This document shows, piece by piece, positions 60,369 to 64,000 of a DNA stretch of 64,000 bases. Origin of the DNA: Eledone cirrhosa (Eukaryota); the NCBI GenBank assembly GCA_964016885.1, contig OZ024746.1, positions 87,730,001-87,794,000 on the forward strand, given 5' to 3'. A model generated the notes under the pieces. That model had not been told where the DNA came from and made no database searches. It worked only from the letters and a program-made list of their open reading frames with translations. The first letter of the stretch is position 1. Each line of letters begins with the position of its first letter. A program made the translations under genes and the position numbers.

Positions 60369-61149
60369 GTATTATAAGATGAAGAATAAAAGAGAAGTAG
60401 AAGGATATAAAAACAATTAGTGAAGCTGGATTCACGATTTGTATGAAAGTGAGAAAAAAATAAAGTCCTTCGTTTCAGACTTTATTCATTCACCAGGAAA
60501 TTACAATAGTAGATATATTAGAAAGTACAGAAGGGAGGTAGGTAAACATTTAAGTGTGAATGGAGATGGTGGAGGAGAAATTTTTGGATGGGCATAATTG
60601 GTGAGGAATCACGTGGGAGTTTACGAAATAAACAAGAGGGAGATAGAAGAGGAAGATAAATAAGGAGAGAAGTTCGCAGATGTTTGGTATATTATGAAAG
60701 AGTATTACCGTTATTTACTGATCCACGTATGCCTGTTGCTCAAATAAGTTAGATACATTAACATAATATTCAATTAATGCGTTTCCAACACTAAACAGTT
60801 TTAAAAAGTTTGTAACGTAACAATTTACTTACGTTCGCTATAAAAGCAATCGATTTTGCATACGCTAACATTTTTTTATTCTCTTTCATTGTGCCACTAG
60901 AAATCTATTATCACTAATATTATTATTAGTTGCCATATACTTACTATCGCACAATTACTTGTTCTTATTTTGTGTATCTTTTTCGATATGTGGTTGAAGT
61001 GTTTTTGTTGTTGCATGTATTCATGTCATTTTTGATTATTAATGATAATATTTTATAAATTGTTGTCTAGACAGTGTCTAGAGTATTGCATTATAATTTA
61101 GATAAATATAATATATAGTATAGCTCATTTATAGCCGATATATTTTAAA

Positions 61150-62950
<1,801 letters not shown>

Positions 62951-63246
62951 ATTGTAACCATATAGGTATTAACTGCGGCATAATAGTGCAAAAAATTAAT
63001 GTACAAAACCCAGTGCAAATACAACTTTAAGATTTCTATTATGGCGTATTGGTATAATCATATCCATAATGATAATGATGATGATGTTGACGATGCTAAT
63101 AAAGGCAATAATAATAATAATAATAACAACAACAAAAATACTACAAAAAAACATATTTGGTACTTTCAACAAATATTCTTTTATATAGCCAATTTTACTC
63201 CTCTTTGAAAGATACACACACACCCACACGCATATATATATGCATG

Positions 63247-63327
<81 letters not shown>

Positions 63328-63601
63328 TAAAATATGTCTATAGAATCACCAGATAAAATATATACCATTTCCTCTCCCAATTAGCATAATTAACTATATA
63401 AAAAATCGATTAGACCAAGCTATAAGAATAAAGGCTTCTATGAAGAAATCTCCGACAAACAACCGAAATCAGCCCTTCGCGCCGGCTGCAACGGAATATT
63501 TATCGAATATTTTGACAGCTTGTATGAATCGCCCAGATATACAGTCAATTAAACAGAATCAGTTGTAAAATAAACTAGGAGAAAAGTGAACATATTTAGT
63601 T

Positions 63602-63679
63602 ACCTCGACCATGGTTTCGTCCGGATTTTAAGATATCCGATAGCTTCGGACACCTAGACCACCGGACTCTTCAGGAAGT
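63602..63679 (-). ncRNA. Type-I hammerhead ribozyme with canonical GUC site and extended stem II
   Basis: ACTTC-CTGAAGA-GTCCGG-[TGGTCTAGG TGTCCGA(AGCTA)TCGGATA TCTTAAAAT]-CCGGAC-GAAA-CCATGG-TC^GAGGT. Predicted cut between 63607 and 63606. Confidence 0.9.
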
Positions 63680-63880
63680 TATCTCACATTTAGACAATAC
63701 ATTTTGCAAAGTGATCGCGCCAAGAATACATTCAAAAATGGCTAAGAATCGTGACGTTGCAGCGGTCAGGTTAGAAGGAATGTGGTTAGTTGCTTACGGC
63801 TGGTGGGTTTATGCTAGAAAGCGCAGCACAATACAGCCAAAATTGTATCTCCACATAACGGGAGATTATTACATATAAAG

Positions 63881-63942
<62 letters not shown>

Positions 63943-64000
63943 GGGTTTTGCAACGGGTCACTTTGTGGCTCAATGAAAAGTTAATAATTTAAATAATCAG

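Overview
AT-rich, microsatellite-saturated eukaryotic DNA with no credible host protein-coding exon. The SINE families resemble those of octopod cephalopods (inference). Almost all ORFs in the track are artefacts of (TA)n/(CA)n/(GA)n/triplet repeats. The real content is mobile DNA: about 20 copies of a tRNA-derived SINE, all on the minus strand; a second repeat family, all on plus; decayed LINEs (RTE-like, R4/Dong-like, Tx1-like); short bipartite RTE derivatives; MITE-like hairpins; and several Penelope-like elements (PLEs) with GIY-YIG remnants, Naiad-type Cys motifs and inverted 5' arms. The main hidden signal is a set of about a dozen type-I hammerhead ribozyme (HHR) motifs in PLE ends and small foldback elements. 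Six have intact cores (7072, 33791, 34209, 35209, the 54947/55113 pair, 63602). Several have unusually long stem II helices of unrelated sequence that share a C-pyrimidine mismatch at the fourth pair. All folds were done by eye and activity is untested. Repeat boundaries are approximate. A 200-N assembly gap lies at 36582-36781.
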